Source of the DNA: an uncultured Leptospirales bacterium
GTDB taxonomy: Bacteria > Spirochaetota > UBA4802 > JAKQUI01
NCBI GenBank assembly: GCA_964652955.1
Contig: CAZZCF010000007.1
Span: 1 to 64,000 of the forward strand
DNA: 64,000 bases
Direction: 5' to 3'
The notes beneath the pieces are model-generated. The model did not search any database, was not told the origin of the DNA, and was given only the letters and a program-made list of their open reading frames with translations. Of the stretch, positions 13,001-23,039 are shown one piece after another. The translations under genes and the position numbers were made by a program. Every line of letters starts with the position of its first letter. Position 1 is the first letter of the stretch.

Positions 13001-14589
13001 CCCTGATCTCGCCGCCGCCGCATCACGATATCTACTCCATAGAGGACCTCGCCCAGCTCATCTTCGATCTGAAGAATGCGAATCCCGCCGCTGCCGTCAG
13101 CGTGAAACTGGTCTCTGAAACGGGTGTGGGAACCGTTGCCGCAGGCGTCGCGAAAGCCCACGCCGATCTCATTCTGATAAGCGGCTTTGAGGGGGGAACC
13201 GGAGCGAGTCCGCAGAGCTCGATAAAACACGCCGGATTGCCCTGGGAGATAGGTCTCGCCGAAACCCATCAGACTCTGGTTCTCAACGATCTGCGCGGCC
13301 GGGTCAGGCTGCAGACCGACGGGCAGCTCAAGACGGGCCGTGATATCGTTCTCGCCGGAATGCTCGGTGCAGAGGAGTTCGGCTTCGGAACCGCGGTGCT
13401 CATCGTGCTCGGCTGTCTGATGATGCGGAAATGTCACCTGAACACCTGTCCCGTCGGCGTCGCGACCCAGGACCCTGAGCTTCGGAAGCGGTTTGCCGGG
13501 AAACCGGAATATCTGATACAGTACCTCACCTTCATTGCCATGGAGGCGCGTGAAATTATGGCTCGCCTCGGCATTCGCACCTTCAACGAGATCATCGGGC
13601 GAACAGACCTCCTCTCGATTCGTCGGCTCGAACACGACAAGGCGAAAACCCTCGATCCTGCCGATCTCCTCTATCGGCCCGATAGTATGGAGGGGAGGGC
13701 AACCTCCTGTGTTCAGCCGCAGGTCCATCGGATTGAGCGGGTTCTCGACCGGGATCTTATCAAGCGATCGAGGGCCGCCCTCGAGGAAAAGAAGCCGGTC
13801 AAGATCGAATTCCCCATTGGGAATGTGGATAGGGCTGCAGGCGCCATGCTCTCCGGTGAGGTTTCGAAGCGCTACGGCGAACAGGGCCTGCCTGACGACA
13901 CTATTACCTGCGTGTTTCACGGGAGCGCCGGTCAGAGCTTCGGTGCATTTCTCGCGCGGGGGATTACCTTCCGGCTTGAGGGAGATGCGAATGACTATTT
14001 CGGCAAAGGGCTTTCCGGGGGGAGATTGATTGCCGTACCGCCCAGAGGGTCTCTCTTCGCACCTGAGGAAAATATCATTGTCGGGAACACCGTGCTCTAC
14101 GGCGCCACATCGGGTGAAGCATTCGTACGAGGAGTTGCCGGAGAGCGATTCGGTGTTCGCAACAGCGGTGCCGTTGCCGTCGTGGAGGGCACCGGTGATC
14201 ACTGCGCCGAGTATATGACCGGAGGACGAATTATCGTTCTCGGCAGGGTGGGCCGGAATTTCGCGGCAGGCATGAGCGGCGGCATCGCCTATGTGCTCAA
14301 CAAGGAGGGGACCTTCGAGTACTTCTGCAACAGGGGGATGGTTGAGTTAACGCCTATCCTCGAGTATGAGGATCAGGAGTTTGTGAAGGAACTGCTCACA
14401 CGTCATTACGAGTATACGGGGAGCACGGTTGCCCGGGAAATCCTCGACAACTGGCACCTGTACATGCCGAAGTTCATCAAGGTGATGCCGCTCGAATACA
14501 AGCGTGCCCTTCAGGAGATGAAACTGCAGCAGATCGAAGAGCAGCTTCGGGCAATTAGAGATGAGGAGCAGCTGGAGGTAATTTACTGA
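10027..14589 (+). CDS. gltB: Glutamate synthase large subunit (Ntn amidotransferase, FMN and GXGXG domains)
   Basis: 1520 aa. N-terminal CGIGF nucleophile region, central FMN/Fe-S domain, C-terminal GXGXG domain. The track start is a TTG. The true start may be the ATG at about 10039. Confidence 0.93.
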   Translation: MFRAMSMDGFMQGRVYRKGLYRSYYEHDSCGIGFVASIHGERSYDIIRRGLEVLERMEHRGAESADNRTGDGAGIMMQVPHLFYADEIPGLPEPGAYGTGMVFLPRDDRAADYCVSAIERVVRDEGYRIVAWREVPVDNSDIGEIARQSEPRMRQVFLSGNGEAGDILERKLYVIRKSIEREMHSADVEGVPPCYLPSLSSRTVVYKGMLMPSQVKSYFDDLQDLRLSSAIALVHSRFSTNTFPSWELAQPFRMIAHNGEINTIKGNRFWMQAREADFESELFGDDIDKIFPVIEPGMSDSASFDNALEMLVMTGRSLPHALMMLIPESWNEKNPLPDDLKHFYEYHATFMEPWDGPASMVFCDGRYVGGTLDRNGLRPSRFVITRDNIIVMGSEVGVQTFSPEEITAKGRLMPGKLLLIDTDEGRIIPDDEVKETIARQKPYKEWIERNRIRLSDIPAKVVPVALDDSRLHCLQLLHGYNREDIEKILMPMAGTGTEPTSSMGTDTPLAVFSDKPQLLFNYFKQVFAQVTNPAIDPIREELVMTLTSFIGKQGNLLAETADHCRRIKFRNPIFTNTDIVTVEQLDADAFRSIRLHCTFPVREGAAGLEEALERLCRDAEKRIDEGYGIIILSDKAVDSEQAPIPSLLSCAGVHHHLIRRKKRTRAGLIIETAEAREVMHFALLFGYGADAINPYGAFASIYHLLKRNKLAPGIDYLKAEENLIKAINKGILKVLSKMGISTLRSYRGSQIFEAVGLGRELVDRYFTGTESRIGGIGLEEIAREACMLHRRAYIEKPELLPSDGVYSYRRSGERHAWNPETIHLLQWATSTGDYERYREFARIVNEQNAEPRFIRGLFDFVPGSEIPLEEVEPVENICRRFTTGAMSFGSLSLEAHETIAIAMNSIHGRSNSGEGGENPERFVPRNDGTLSRSAIKQIASGRFGVTSNYLVNADEIQIKIAQGAKPGEGGQLPGYKVDGIIAQTRHSTPGVTLISPPPHHDIYSIEDLAQLIFDLKNANPAAAVSVKLVSETGVGTVAAGVAKAHADLILISGFEGGTGASPQSSIKHAGLPWEIGLAETHQTLVLNDLRGRVRLQTDGQLKTGRDIVLAGMLGAEEFGFGTAVLIVLGCLMMRKCHLNTCPVGVATQDPELRKRFAGKPEYLIQYLTFIAMEAREIMARLGIRTFNEIIGRTDLLSIRRLEHDKAKTLDPADLLYRPDSMEGRATSCVQPQVHRIERVLDRDLIKRSRAALEEKKPVKIEFPIGNVDRAAGAMLSGEVSKRYGEQGLPDDTITCVFHGSAGQSFGAFLARGITFRLEGDANDYFGKGLSGGRLIAVPPRGSLFAPEENIIVGNTVLYGATSGEAFVRGVAGERFGVRNSGAVAVVEGTGDHCAEYMTGGRIIVLGRVGRNFAAGMSGGIAYVLNKEGTFEYFCNRGMVELTPILEYEDQEFVKELLTRHYEYTGSTVAREILDNWHLYMPKFIKVMPLEYKRALQEMKLQQIEEQLRAIRDEEQLEVIY

Positions 14590-16007
14590 TGGGCAATCCG
14601 AGAGGGTTTCTGGAGATTGACAGGGAGGAGTCGGGATATCGTCCCGTCGAGGAGCGCCTGCATGATTACAGCGAGGTGGAGAAGCAGCTCCCCGATGAGC
14701 GGCGACGACAACAGGCTGCACGATGCATGGACTGCGGTGTTCCCTTCTGCCACTGGGCCTGTCCGCTCGAGAATAGTATGCCCGAATGGCAGGAGATGCT
14801 GTATCGGGGTGACTGGAAAGCTGCCTATGATATTCTGCAGGATACCGATAACTTTCCTGAATTTACGGGAAGGGTGTGCCCCGCGCTGTGCGAGGCTTCC
14901 TGTGTTCTCGCCGTGAACGGGGATGCCGTCACCATACGCCAGAATGAGCTGGCGGTGATTGAGAAGGCCTTCAGTGAAGGGTATGTGCAGCCCCGCCCGC
15001 CCGAGCGGAGGACCGGGAAGCGGGTTGCCGTCATCGGCAGCGGACCCGCCGGTCTCGCCTGCGCCGATATGCTGAACCGGTTCGGCCACACCGTGACGCT
15101 CTACGAGGCGGCGGATAGCGTGGGGGGATATCTCCGGTTCGGCATACCGGACTTCAAGCTCGAAAAGAGCATCATTGACCGTCGGGTGAATATTCTCAGG
15201 GAAGAGGGATTGATAATCAGAACCGGGGTGCGGGTTGGCACGGACTGCTCGGCTGCCGATGTTCGGAAAGAGAACGATGCGATCTGCATCGCGATTGGAG
15301 CACGTGAACCGCGTGACCTGCCGGCGGAGGGAAGAGATCTCACCGGCATACATTTTGCCCTGGAGTACCTTGTGCAGCAGAACAGGATCGTTCGCGGCGA
15401 TTTGATCCCCGAAGCGGCGCTCATCAAAGCATTCGACAAGGATGTTGTTGTGATAGGCGGTGGTGATACCGGTGCTGATTGTGTCGGCTCATTGAACCGG
15501 CAGGGCGCTCGAAGCGTCGTGCAGCTCGAGATCCTGCCGCAGCCGCCGGAGAGGAGGAGTGGGGATGAGCCGTGGCCACTCTGGCCAAAAATTCTGCGGT
15601 ATTCGAGCTCGCATGAGGAGGGATGCGATCGGATGTGGAGCGTGCTCGTCAAGCGGTTCTTCGGTACGGACGGTGCGGTGACGGGCATCTCCGCCGCGAG
15701 CGTTGCCCGGGAAAGCGAGGACGGAAAGATAATCATGCGCGAGATTGCCGGCTCCTCCTTCGACCTGAAGGCCGATCTCGTCATTCTGGCCATGGGATTT
15801 ATCCATGTGGTTCACGAGGGTCTGGTTGCCGATCTCGGCGTTCATCTCGATTCCCGCGGGAACATTGCTACCGATGAGAACTGCATGACCGGTGTCGAGG
15901 GAATCTTCGCCGCCGGCGACTCGGTCCGCGGCGCTTCGCTCGTGGTATGGGCGATTCAGCAGGGGCGGGAAACCGCCCGCGCCATTGACCGGTATCTGAA
16001 CACATAG
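14589..16007 (+). CDS. gltD: Glutamate synthase small subunit (NADPH-dependent, Fe-S/FAD)
   Basis: 472 aa. Cys-rich Fe-S motifs (CMDCGVPFC, CPALCEASC) and two Rossmann GxGxxG motifs (VIGSGPAG, VIGGGDTG). TGATG overlap with the gltB stop. Confidence 0.92.
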   Translation: MGNPRGFLEIDREESGYRPVEERLHDYSEVEKQLPDERRRQQAARCMDCGVPFCHWACPLENSMPEWQEMLYRGDWKAAYDILQDTDNFPEFTGRVCPALCEASCVLAVNGDAVTIRQNELAVIEKAFSEGYVQPRPPERRTGKRVAVIGSGPAGLACADMLNRFGHTVTLYEAADSVGGYLRFGIPDFKLEKSIIDRRVNILREEGLIIRTGVRVGTDCSAADVRKENDAICIAIGAREPRDLPAEGRDLTGIHFALEYLVQQNRIVRGDLIPEAALIKAFDKDVVVIGGGDTGADCVGSLNRQGARSVVQLEILPQPPERRSGDEPWPLWPKILRYSSSHEEGCDRMWSVLVKRFFGTDGAVTGISAASVARESEDGKIIMREIAGSSFDLKADLVILAMGFIHVVHEGLVADLGVHLDSRGNIATDENCMTGVEGIFAAGDSVRGASLVVWAIQQGRETARAIDRYLNT

Positions 16008-16213
16008 GATACTATCGGTTTTTTTCTCCAGCTTCCTTGAATAGTGTCTAAAAAGAGAATTTCTTCATAACCCCTTCATTTATCTTGACATGATGAGCTT
16101 CTTCAGTTATCATTATGGCACCCTTTTCCGAATCGGTTTTTGATATGCATTTTTTTTAACGCTTCAAGCGGAAGGACTCGCCTGCTGACATAGATATATC
16201 CGAGGGGGAATGT

Positions 16214-17935
16214 ATGGGATCATTAAATAATCTTAAAATCGGGGTTCGTCTGACCATTGCATTTGCGATAATTCTCTTTATTATGTTCGTTCTTGGTGGT
16301 GTTTCTCTGTGGGGCATATTGAGAATACAGGGGGTTGCCCGTGATCTTCTTCAGTTGGATGGTGTTATTGCCGAGCATTCAGCGGTGGTGGCTATCGAAG
16401 CGCTGCAGTGCCGCCGCTATGAGAAGGATATGTTTTTGAATATCGGAGAGGAGAAGAAGGTACGGGATTATCACGCGAAATGGGAAAAGGCGCACAAAGC
16501 CGTTCTTGATCACCTCACTACCGTAGAAAAAGTGGTCGAGTGGGATGACGAAGTTACGGCTGTCAAAACGATGAAGGCTGCAATTCCGGGCTACGTTAAG
16601 GGGGTTGACAGCATTTATGCGATGATTCTTTCCGAAAGGGTAACAACGCCTCAGAAAGCAAACGACGTCATGAAGCAGTACAAGAATCCGGTGAGAAATC
16701 TCATCTATTCGGCCGAGCAATTTGCCAGAAGGGGAAACGAGCGGCTCAGAGCAATCGACGCTAAGATAGGAGACGTTTCAGCACTTACCGTTGTTCTTAT
16801 CGTTGTGCTTATTCCGATTTCGCTTATACTGAGCATACTCATCGGATTGTTCATAACGAGGAGCATAACAGGACGCCTCTCCTACATTACGGGCACTTCG
16901 GAAATGATTGCCGAGGGGAATCTGACCGCCGATGTTGAGGTTTCAGGGGCCGATGAGATCGGCGTGCTTCTCAGATCACAGGAGCGCATTGTCTTGAAGT
17001 TGAGAGATATCATCAACGATGTTCAGAAGGCATCGGGCAACATGGCGGTATCCACCGAGGAGATGTCGAGCACAACGCTGCTCTTCTCGGAGAATGCACA
17101 GAGTCAGGCGGCATCGGCAGAAGAGATAACGGCGACCATTGAAGAGATAGCTGCGGGAGTTGATAGTATCACCCGGAATGTTTCACAACAGGTGGAACGA
17201 CTGGATTCACTCCTCGGGCGCATGGAAGAACTTTCATCCACCATTGTCGGAATGGGTGATCAGGTTCGGGAGGCCGTTCAGATATCCAGCGAGATATCTT
17301 CTACGGCGAAGCTTGGCGGGCAATCGCTCGAATCGCTCAACAGCAGCATGACGACTATTACCAGCAGCTCGCAGAAGGTGATGAACATTGTTGCGATTAT
17401 CAATGAGATTTCCGATCGCATCAATCTGCTCTCGCTGAATGCGGCTATTGAGGCCGCCCGTGCCGGAGAAGCGGGCAAGGGATTTGCCGTGGTCGCCGAA
17501 GAGATATCCAAGCTCGCCGATCAGACCGCCCAGAGCATCGGCGAGATAAATACACTCATCAAGGCGAATGAGAGCGAGATAAAAAGGGGTATTGAAAATG
17601 CGGCAAGCACTGTCGATACGATTCGCGTGATCATAGAGAGGATCGATTCAGTTGACAGGATGATGGATGCACTCTCTGCGAAGATGCGGGATCAGCTCAC
17701 CATGAAGGGCACCGTTCATGATGATATTGTTACGGTGAAGCAGCAGCTCGATCAGATACTGCGGGCAACCGAAGAACAAAATGTTGCCACCGGCGAGATG
17801 AGCAGATCCATCACCACTATAAACGATCTCAGTCAGTCCTATGCCTCGGGAGCGGAGGAGCTCTCGGTCAACGCCGATCACCTTGCGAAGATGGCGGAGA
17901 ATTTAAAGGATATGATGTCCTTTTTCACGGTGTAA
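16214..17935 (+). CDS. Methyl-accepting chemotaxis protein (two TM helices, periplasmic sensor, HAMP, MA domain)
   Basis: 573 aa. N-terminal TM, a second TM around residue 195, HAMP, and a highly conserved MCP signalling domain (NLLSLNAAIEAARAGEAGKGFAVVAEEI). Confidence 0.9.
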   Translation: MGSLNNLKIGVRLTIAFAIILFIMFVLGGVSLWGILRIQGVARDLLQLDGVIAEHSAVVAIEALQCRRYEKDMFLNIGEEKKVRDYHAKWEKAHKAVLDHLTTVEKVVEWDDEVTAVKTMKAAIPGYVKGVDSIYAMILSERVTTPQKANDVMKQYKNPVRNLIYSAEQFARRGNERLRAIDAKIGDVSALTVVLIVVLIPISLILSILIGLFITRSITGRLSYITGTSEMIAEGNLTADVEVSGADEIGVLLRSQERIVLKLRDIINDVQKASGNMAVSTEEMSSTTLLFSENAQSQAASAEEITATIEEIAAGVDSITRNVSQQVERLDSLLGRMEELSSTIVGMGDQVREAVQISSEISSTAKLGGQSLESLNSSMTTITSSSQKVMNIVAIINEISDRINLLSLNAAIEAARAGEAGKGFAVVAEEISKLADQTAQSIGEINTLIKANESEIKRGIENAASTVDTIRVIIERIDSVDRMMDALSAKMRDQLTMKGTVHDDIVTVKQQLDQILRATEEQNVATGEMSRSITTINDLSQSYASGAEELSVNADHLAKMAENLKDMMSFFTV

Positions 17936-18072
17936 CCGATTTCGGGACCGAGATATCGCTCTTGCCCCTTCTTTATAATTTTTTTATACCTTCTTTATGG
18001 TGAATTCACCCATTCGGAATCTTCTGATCATCCAGAGAAGTTAAAATTTAATTCAGGGAGGCTCATGAGTAT

Positions 18073-18903
18073 ATGAGATTGACAGGAGAAAAGATTGCAC
18101 TGCTTTGCCTTGTGATTGCAGTGGGTCTCTCAACGTACGGATGGTCGAAGGTTTACAGCGACAAGGTGGTCATCAAGGGCTCCACCACGGTGTTACCGAT
18201 AACGATGAAATGTTCCGAGGCATTCAGAAAGAGGAACCAGGTATCGATTTCGATCTCCGGAACTGGTTCAGGTGACGGCATCAAATCGCTTATCGAGGGT
18301 ACCTGCGATATTGCCAATTCATCGAGGCAGATGAAGAGTAAGGAGCTGGCTTCAGCAAAGAATAACGGCATTGCTGTTAAGGAAATTGCCATTGCCTACG
18401 ATATGATTATTCCGGTCATTCACCCCTCGAACAGGAATATCAAGAATCTCACTCTGGAGCAGCTGAAGGGGATCTATGATGGCTCGATAACGAGCTGGAA
18501 AGAGCTCGGCGGCAGGGATGAGAAGATCGTCGTTATTTCACGAGACAGCAGCTCGGGCACCTACGAGGTCTGGCACGAGAAGGTCATGAAAAAGACAGAT
18601 GTGCGACCAGACGCATTGCTCCAGGCGTCAAATGGGGCGGTTGTTGCGGTGGTATCAAGAAACCGCAAGGCTATCGGCTATATCGGTGTCGGGTATCTCA
18701 ACCGGGGATTGCGCTCGGTTACCGTGAACGATATTCAGCCAACCATTGAAAATGGAAAGTCCGGTAAATATCCCGTTGCGAGGAAGCTTTATGTCTACGT
18801 AAATGAAAACAAGTTCTCAGAAGGAGCAAAGGCCTTCATTGATTTCATACTCTCGCGCGAGGGTCAAAAGCTTGTCAAGAAGGCCGGATATATTCCTCTT
18901 TAA
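18073..18903 (+). CDS. PstS-family periplasmic phosphate-binding protein-like substrate-binding protein
   Basis: 276 aa. Signal/lipobox-like N-terminus and PBP-superfamily motifs (KGSTTVLPI, SGTGSGDG, ISRDSSSGTY). Confidence 0.7.
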   Translation: MRLTGEKIALLCLVIAVGLSTYGWSKVYSDKVVIKGSTTVLPITMKCSEAFRKRNQVSISISGTGSGDGIKSLIEGTCDIANSSRQMKSKELASAKNNGIAVKEIAIAYDMIIPVIHPSNRNIKNLTLEQLKGIYDGSITSWKELGGRDEKIVVISRDSSSGTYEVWHEKVMKKTDVRPDALLQASNGAVVAVVSRNRKAIGYIGVGYLNRGLRSVTVNDIQPTIENGKSGKYPVARKLYVYVNENKFSEGAKAFIDFILSREGQKLVKKAGYIPL

Positions 18904-18966
18904 TTCCTCCGGGGTATTGCAAATCACGGGGCCGTATCGGAGAAACCTGATACGGCCCTACCTTCT

Positions 18967-21057
18967 CTATCGGTCTCCTCCTCTCAGTGGCAGCCGGATC
19001 GTAAACCGGCTTCCCCTTTCAGGTTCGCTCTCCACTGAAATAGTCCCGCCGTGAAGCTCTATAATCCGCTTTGCCAGGTAGAGCCCGATCCCTACCCCGC
19101 TCACCTCATAGGTCAGAGAGCTGTCGACCCGATAGAACTTCTCCCAGATCCGTGAGACCTTTTCCTCGGGAATGCCAATACCTGTATCGATTACGTGAAT
19201 GCTGATCACGTCATCCATTTCTCCACCATTCGCTTCGGGATCAGCTTCCGCTGTAATAGAAATTGTTCCCTTTCTCTTATTGAAGAGAACGGCGTTTTTT
19301 ATGATATGGTCAATTGCTTTCTGCATATACCGTTCGTCAACGTGAAGCATACAGTCGGGAAGGGCAACGGTGACCGTTAATCTGTTGTCGGTCGTCAGCT
19401 GAGAGAATTTATTCAGGCTCCGCTTGATAAGATCGGCAATACAGGTCTCCGCGAGGTTCAGGGACGGTCGGGACTGAATGTCGGTGATCAGGACGAGGTC
19501 CTCTATGTAGGTTTTGAGCTTGTCGATGTTCCCGTATATCTTTTCACCGTACTGTTTGAGGGTGTCAATATCCGTTTCGTCCTCATCCCGCAGAAGCTCT
19601 GCATAGCTGTACATTACCTGCAGGGGGGTCTTGAGCTCGTGGGAGAGATTGTTGAGGAATTCGTCCTTGAGCTGATCAGCTCTTTGCAGGGATTCGATGA
19701 GCCACTCCTGGTACTTGAGGACCTCGCTCTGGGCATCCTCCTTCTCCCGCGTCAGGAGATTTATCCGATCGCCGAGCGCCAGGGAGAGGAGGACAATCTG
19801 AATGAGCGAGCCGAACTGGAATGACCAGACGGTCAGGGTGGTGCTCGGGAGCGCGCCAAACCGGTTCAGCGCCGTGATCAGCACCCCGGCGAGAAAAAAT
19901 CCGAAGGCGATGAGATAAAAGCGGGTCTGACGGATTCCCCTTTTCAGCGTGATGATGCCCGTCGTGATGGAGAGGGGTACCAGAAAGATCGCGTAGGCTG
20001 CTCCGAGCTGAATTCCCGCGGAATAGGGTACGAAGAAGGAGAGGGTAAAGCCGATGACGCTGAGGATGATGTTGAAGATGAGAAACCGATCGAAGGCCGG
20101 TATTACCTCCTTTGTCTGCAGGAATGAGCGGGTGAAGACAATTATCCAGATGAAGCATAAAAAGAGTGTCGCGGGGACCATATCGTTCATCCAGGTGCTG
20201 TTCCTCCAGAGATATTGAAAGCCCATGCCGCTCAGTGAGAGCGAAACCAGGATGAAGGTGATGATGTACATGACGTAGGAGTAATAGGAGCGATCCCGGG
20301 TATAGAGCGCCAGGAGAAGGTTGAAGAGCGCCATGATGATGAGCGCTCCGAAGTAGATGCCGTAGAGCATCTGCTGTGTGTTCACCTCGGAGATCAGCTC
20401 GGCATATGAGAAGAGAGCAAGAGGAACATTGAGCGAGCTGGTCGTTTCCACACGAAGATAATAGGTATGAAGGCCGGGAGTGTTCAGAAGCGGGAAAACG
20501 AATTTCTGATATTCGATCTCCCGCCGATCGAAGGGAAGGATGTCCCCTGCTCGCTTTATCACATAGGAGCCATCACCCCGCGGCTGATAGAGCGCAATGG
20601 TATCGAGGAGCGGATAGCCGATCTCCAGGAACCAATTTGTTCTGTTCCCCTCGGGAACGATGGTGGCAAAGCGCACCCACAGCACGGAGGTGGTGAATCC
20701 GAAATTGGGTGATACCGTGTCCGATGGGACGAAGGGTGCTGTATTGACGGTATCTATGGTATAGATAGTGTCCCGTTCCTCCAGATACTCTATGTGTGCT
20801 TCAGTAAGCGGTCTGTTTTCACCCTCTTCCAGGACTATCGGTACTGCGAATATCGGAACCTCTTTAAGAGCGGCGATGAGGATGAGGATGATGATGATTT
20901 TGATGCACCGGTGGCGATGCTCAACCGGAGTGCGACCAACATGGGATTGAATAGCAGTCATAGAAGAATCTCCAGACAGTCCGCATAATAATCGGTGCCA
21001 CTCCCCTGAACCGGATCGGCTCACGGTGTCTCCCGGAGCATGGGGTTTCAGTAGCAT
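18967..21057 (-). CDS. Sensor histidine kinase with 7TMR-DISM extracellular and 7TM receptor domains, HisKA and HATPase_c
   Basis: 696 aa. Signal peptide, beta-rich extracellular domain, seven predicted TM helices, then SHELKTPL H-box and a GHKL ATPase (DTGIGIP, GVGIGL). Confidence 0.85.
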   Translation of the reverse strand: MLLKPHAPGDTVSRSGSGEWHRLLCGLSGDSSMTAIQSHVGRTPVEHRHRCIKIIIILILIAALKEVPIFAVPIVLEEGENRPLTEAHIEYLEERDTIYTIDTVNTAPFVPSDTVSPNFGFTTSVLWVRFATIVPEGNRTNWFLEIGYPLLDTIALYQPRGDGSYVIKRAGDILPFDRREIEYQKFVFPLLNTPGLHTYYLRVETTSSLNVPLALFSYAELISEVNTQQMLYGIYFGALIIMALFNLLLALYTRDRSYYSYVMYIITFILVSLSLSGMGFQYLWRNSTWMNDMVPATLFLCFIWIIVFTRSFLQTKEVIPAFDRFLIFNIILSVIGFTLSFFVPYSAGIQLGAAYAIFLVPLSITTGIITLKRGIRQTRFYLIAFGFFLAGVLITALNRFGALPSTTLTVWSFQFGSLIQIVLLSLALGDRINLLTREKEDAQSEVLKYQEWLIESLQRADQLKDEFLNNLSHELKTPLQVMYSYAELLRDEDETDIDTLKQYGEKIYGNIDKLKTYIEDLVLITDIQSRPSLNLAETCIADLIKRSLNKFSQLTTDNRLTVTVALPDCMLHVDERYMQKAIDHIIKNAVLFNKRKGTISITAEADPEANGGEMDDVISIHVIDTGIGIPEEKVSRIWEKFYRVDSSLTYEVSGVGIGLYLAKRIIELHGGTISVESEPERGSRFTIRLPLRGGDR

Positions 21058-21322
21058 ATGCGTTCATTCCCGGGAGCGGTTTTACACCATACCATATGGT
21101 GATCTCTTGTCCAACACTTTCCGTGTTGCATCTCCGGGAGAGGGGGGGTATACTGTCATTGCGCCCCGGTCGGACACAATGTGAATTGCCGTTTCTGTGT
21201 GATCGGCGGGCGAAGTATCGGTTGTGACTGCGTGTGCAGATATCCCAAATAGTCTTGAAAATTTCTGGAGCTGTTAGACGCTGCGTCAGCTGCTACGGGA
21301 TTTTCGTGTACATGGTGTTGTT

Positions 21323-23035
21323 ATGATTTCAGTGGAGAGCGAGATACTCGAAACGGTAAAGGCAATGGCTGATCTGCTCATTGATGAGATGCGAGAGGAG
21401 GATGGTGCCGTCTTCTGTTCCCAGTGCGGCATCGCTCACGGGAGATCACCCGAATCAATTTTCCCCTTCGCATTTCTCTATCGGGAAACAGGTAAGCAGA
21501 ACTATCGAGACGCAGCGCTCGCCTGCGGGGGATGGCTTGTCAGAAATCAGATGCCCGATGGCTCATGGCACAACGAGCAATCGGTGAAATGGCCGGGAAT
21601 TACCGTTTTTAATCTCCTTGCGCTGCTGGGAGCGATTGATCTTTTACAGGAATGCGTTGACTGTTCACCGCTCAGATCGGCATCACTGAAGGCGGCACGC
21701 TGGGTTGAAGGGGCAATTGATCGGGGATATGCCAATATCAATTATCCGATAACAGCCATGGCCGTGCTGGCGCTGGCGGCTCAGATACTGGGGGTCCCGT
21801 CATTCTCTCATTCCGCAGGGAGGCTCCGTGACGACTGCATCGAGATATTTACCGGAGAAGGCTTTATTCACGGTGAGGGGAATGCGTACCCGTCGGTAGA
21901 TATCGGGTATAATTTTGATATGTCTCTCGGAATGCTCGCTCTCTTCGCACGATTGACCGATGATGAACGGGTGCTTGCTTTGGCCCTGCGGTCAACAGGA
22001 ACCCATCTGGAATTCCTCTATCCGGATGGCTCCCTTGACAACTCCTTTGGCACCCGCTCGTACAAGTGGACTCTCTTTGGTTCGAAGACAGCTCACGCGA
22101 TGCAGATACCGCTGCTTCTCCTCGCCGATAGGGATCAGCGATTCTCGCTGGCAGCGGTGCGAAATCTCCGGTACTTGAACCGGATACGGCAGGGCGGTTT
22201 CATCCCGACCGGTCCTGCACGGTATGATAACCGGGTATGCATTCATGCAAGCTTTACCAGGATGACTGCGCTTTCGCAGGCGCTCTACTTTGCACGAAGG
22301 TTCAATATTGATATCACGGTTCATGAAGGTGCGCAACTGCCTTCCGAGCAGCACACGTCCCGCTTCTACGAAAATATCAATACCCTTCTCTACCGTGGGA
22401 GAGATTTTGTTGCCACGGTGGCCGGATACGGTGTTTCCTACTGGAACGGTCCTCTCAATCATCCCTCCGGTGGTTCCCTCTCCTACCTGTATCATCGACG
22501 AACCGGCCCCCTTCAGATCGGCAGCGTAAACGAATATATTCGGGAGGAGCCCTTCAACATGACAGAGATGCCACAGCGCGAGTCGATAACACCTCGCATT
22601 GAGCTCGTCAGTGATCCGCGCTGTTCCAATGTGTATTGCTCTGATTCAGCAATAACGCTGAAGGATAATACGGTGCATGTCGGAGGAGTGCTGCAGCGAG
22701 TTGAAGCCTCGTTCGCCTATTCCATAGAGTATCGCTTTGCTCGTGATATGCTCATAAAACGGTATAGGGTAGCGGGAGGTACGGGCATGTTTCGCATCAT
22801 TGAGCCGATCTTTGCTTATGATGATGATAGTGTCGAGAGGGGGGAGGGGATCATTCTAATAATGCAGCCGGAGAGAGTCGTCGAGGTGAAATGCGCGTCG
22901 GAGAACCGCCTGTTGCTCTCGGAGGGAAAAATCTGGTGCCCCTTCCCCGGTGTCTGGGCACATCGAATCGTTGTTGAGCCCCGGTCGGACGAGGTTTCAG
23001 TGGCTATTACGGTGCGCCTGAAAGATAAGTTTTAA
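21323..23035 (+). CDS. Hypothetical protein, possibly an (alpha/alpha)-toroid enzyme
   Basis: 570-aa ORF with no opposing genes. Weak resemblance (DGSWHNE, GW repeats) to six-hairpin or prenyltransferase-like repeats. Function not supported. Confidence 0.45.
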   Translation: MISVESEILETVKAMADLLIDEMREEDGAVFCSQCGIAHGRSPESIFPFAFLYRETGKQNYRDAALACGGWLVRNQMPDGSWHNEQSVKWPGITVFNLLALLGAIDLLQECVDCSPLRSASLKAARWVEGAIDRGYANINYPITAMAVLALAAQILGVPSFSHSAGRLRDDCIEIFTGEGFIHGEGNAYPSVDIGYNFDMSLGMLALFARLTDDERVLALALRSTGTHLEFLYPDGSLDNSFGTRSYKWTLFGSKTAHAMQIPLLLLADRDQRFSLAAVRNLRYLNRIRQGGFIPTGPARYDNRVCIHASFTRMTALSQALYFARRFNIDITVHEGAQLPSEQHTSRFYENINTLLYRGRDFVATVAGYGVSYWNGPLNHPSGGSLSYLYHRRTGPLQIGSVNEYIREEPFNMTEMPQRESITPRIELVSDPRCSNVYCSDSAITLKDNTVHVGGVLQRVEASFAYSIEYRFARDMLIKRYRVAGGTGMFRIIEPIFAYDDDSVERGEGIILIMQPERVVEVKCASENRLLLSEGKIWCPFPGVWAHRIVVEPRSDEVSVAITVRLKDKF

Positions 23036-23039
23036 TACT

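Noticed and set aside
11011-14202. Long antisense ORFs (578 aa and 461 aa) on the minus strand inside gltB
   Set aside because: They lie entirely within a gene that has unmistakable glutamate synthase homology. Their products are Arg/Pro/Gly-rich with no recognisable domains. This is typical of spurious open frames in high-GC DNA.
16111-16130. Possible sigma-54 promoter (tggcac ... ) upstream of the MCP gene, and tggataatgaaagcatttgcc in the carA/gltB intergenic region
   Set aside because: Spacing between the GG and GC elements does not fit TGGCAC-N5-TTGCA in either case. I cannot support a sigma-54 promoter call.
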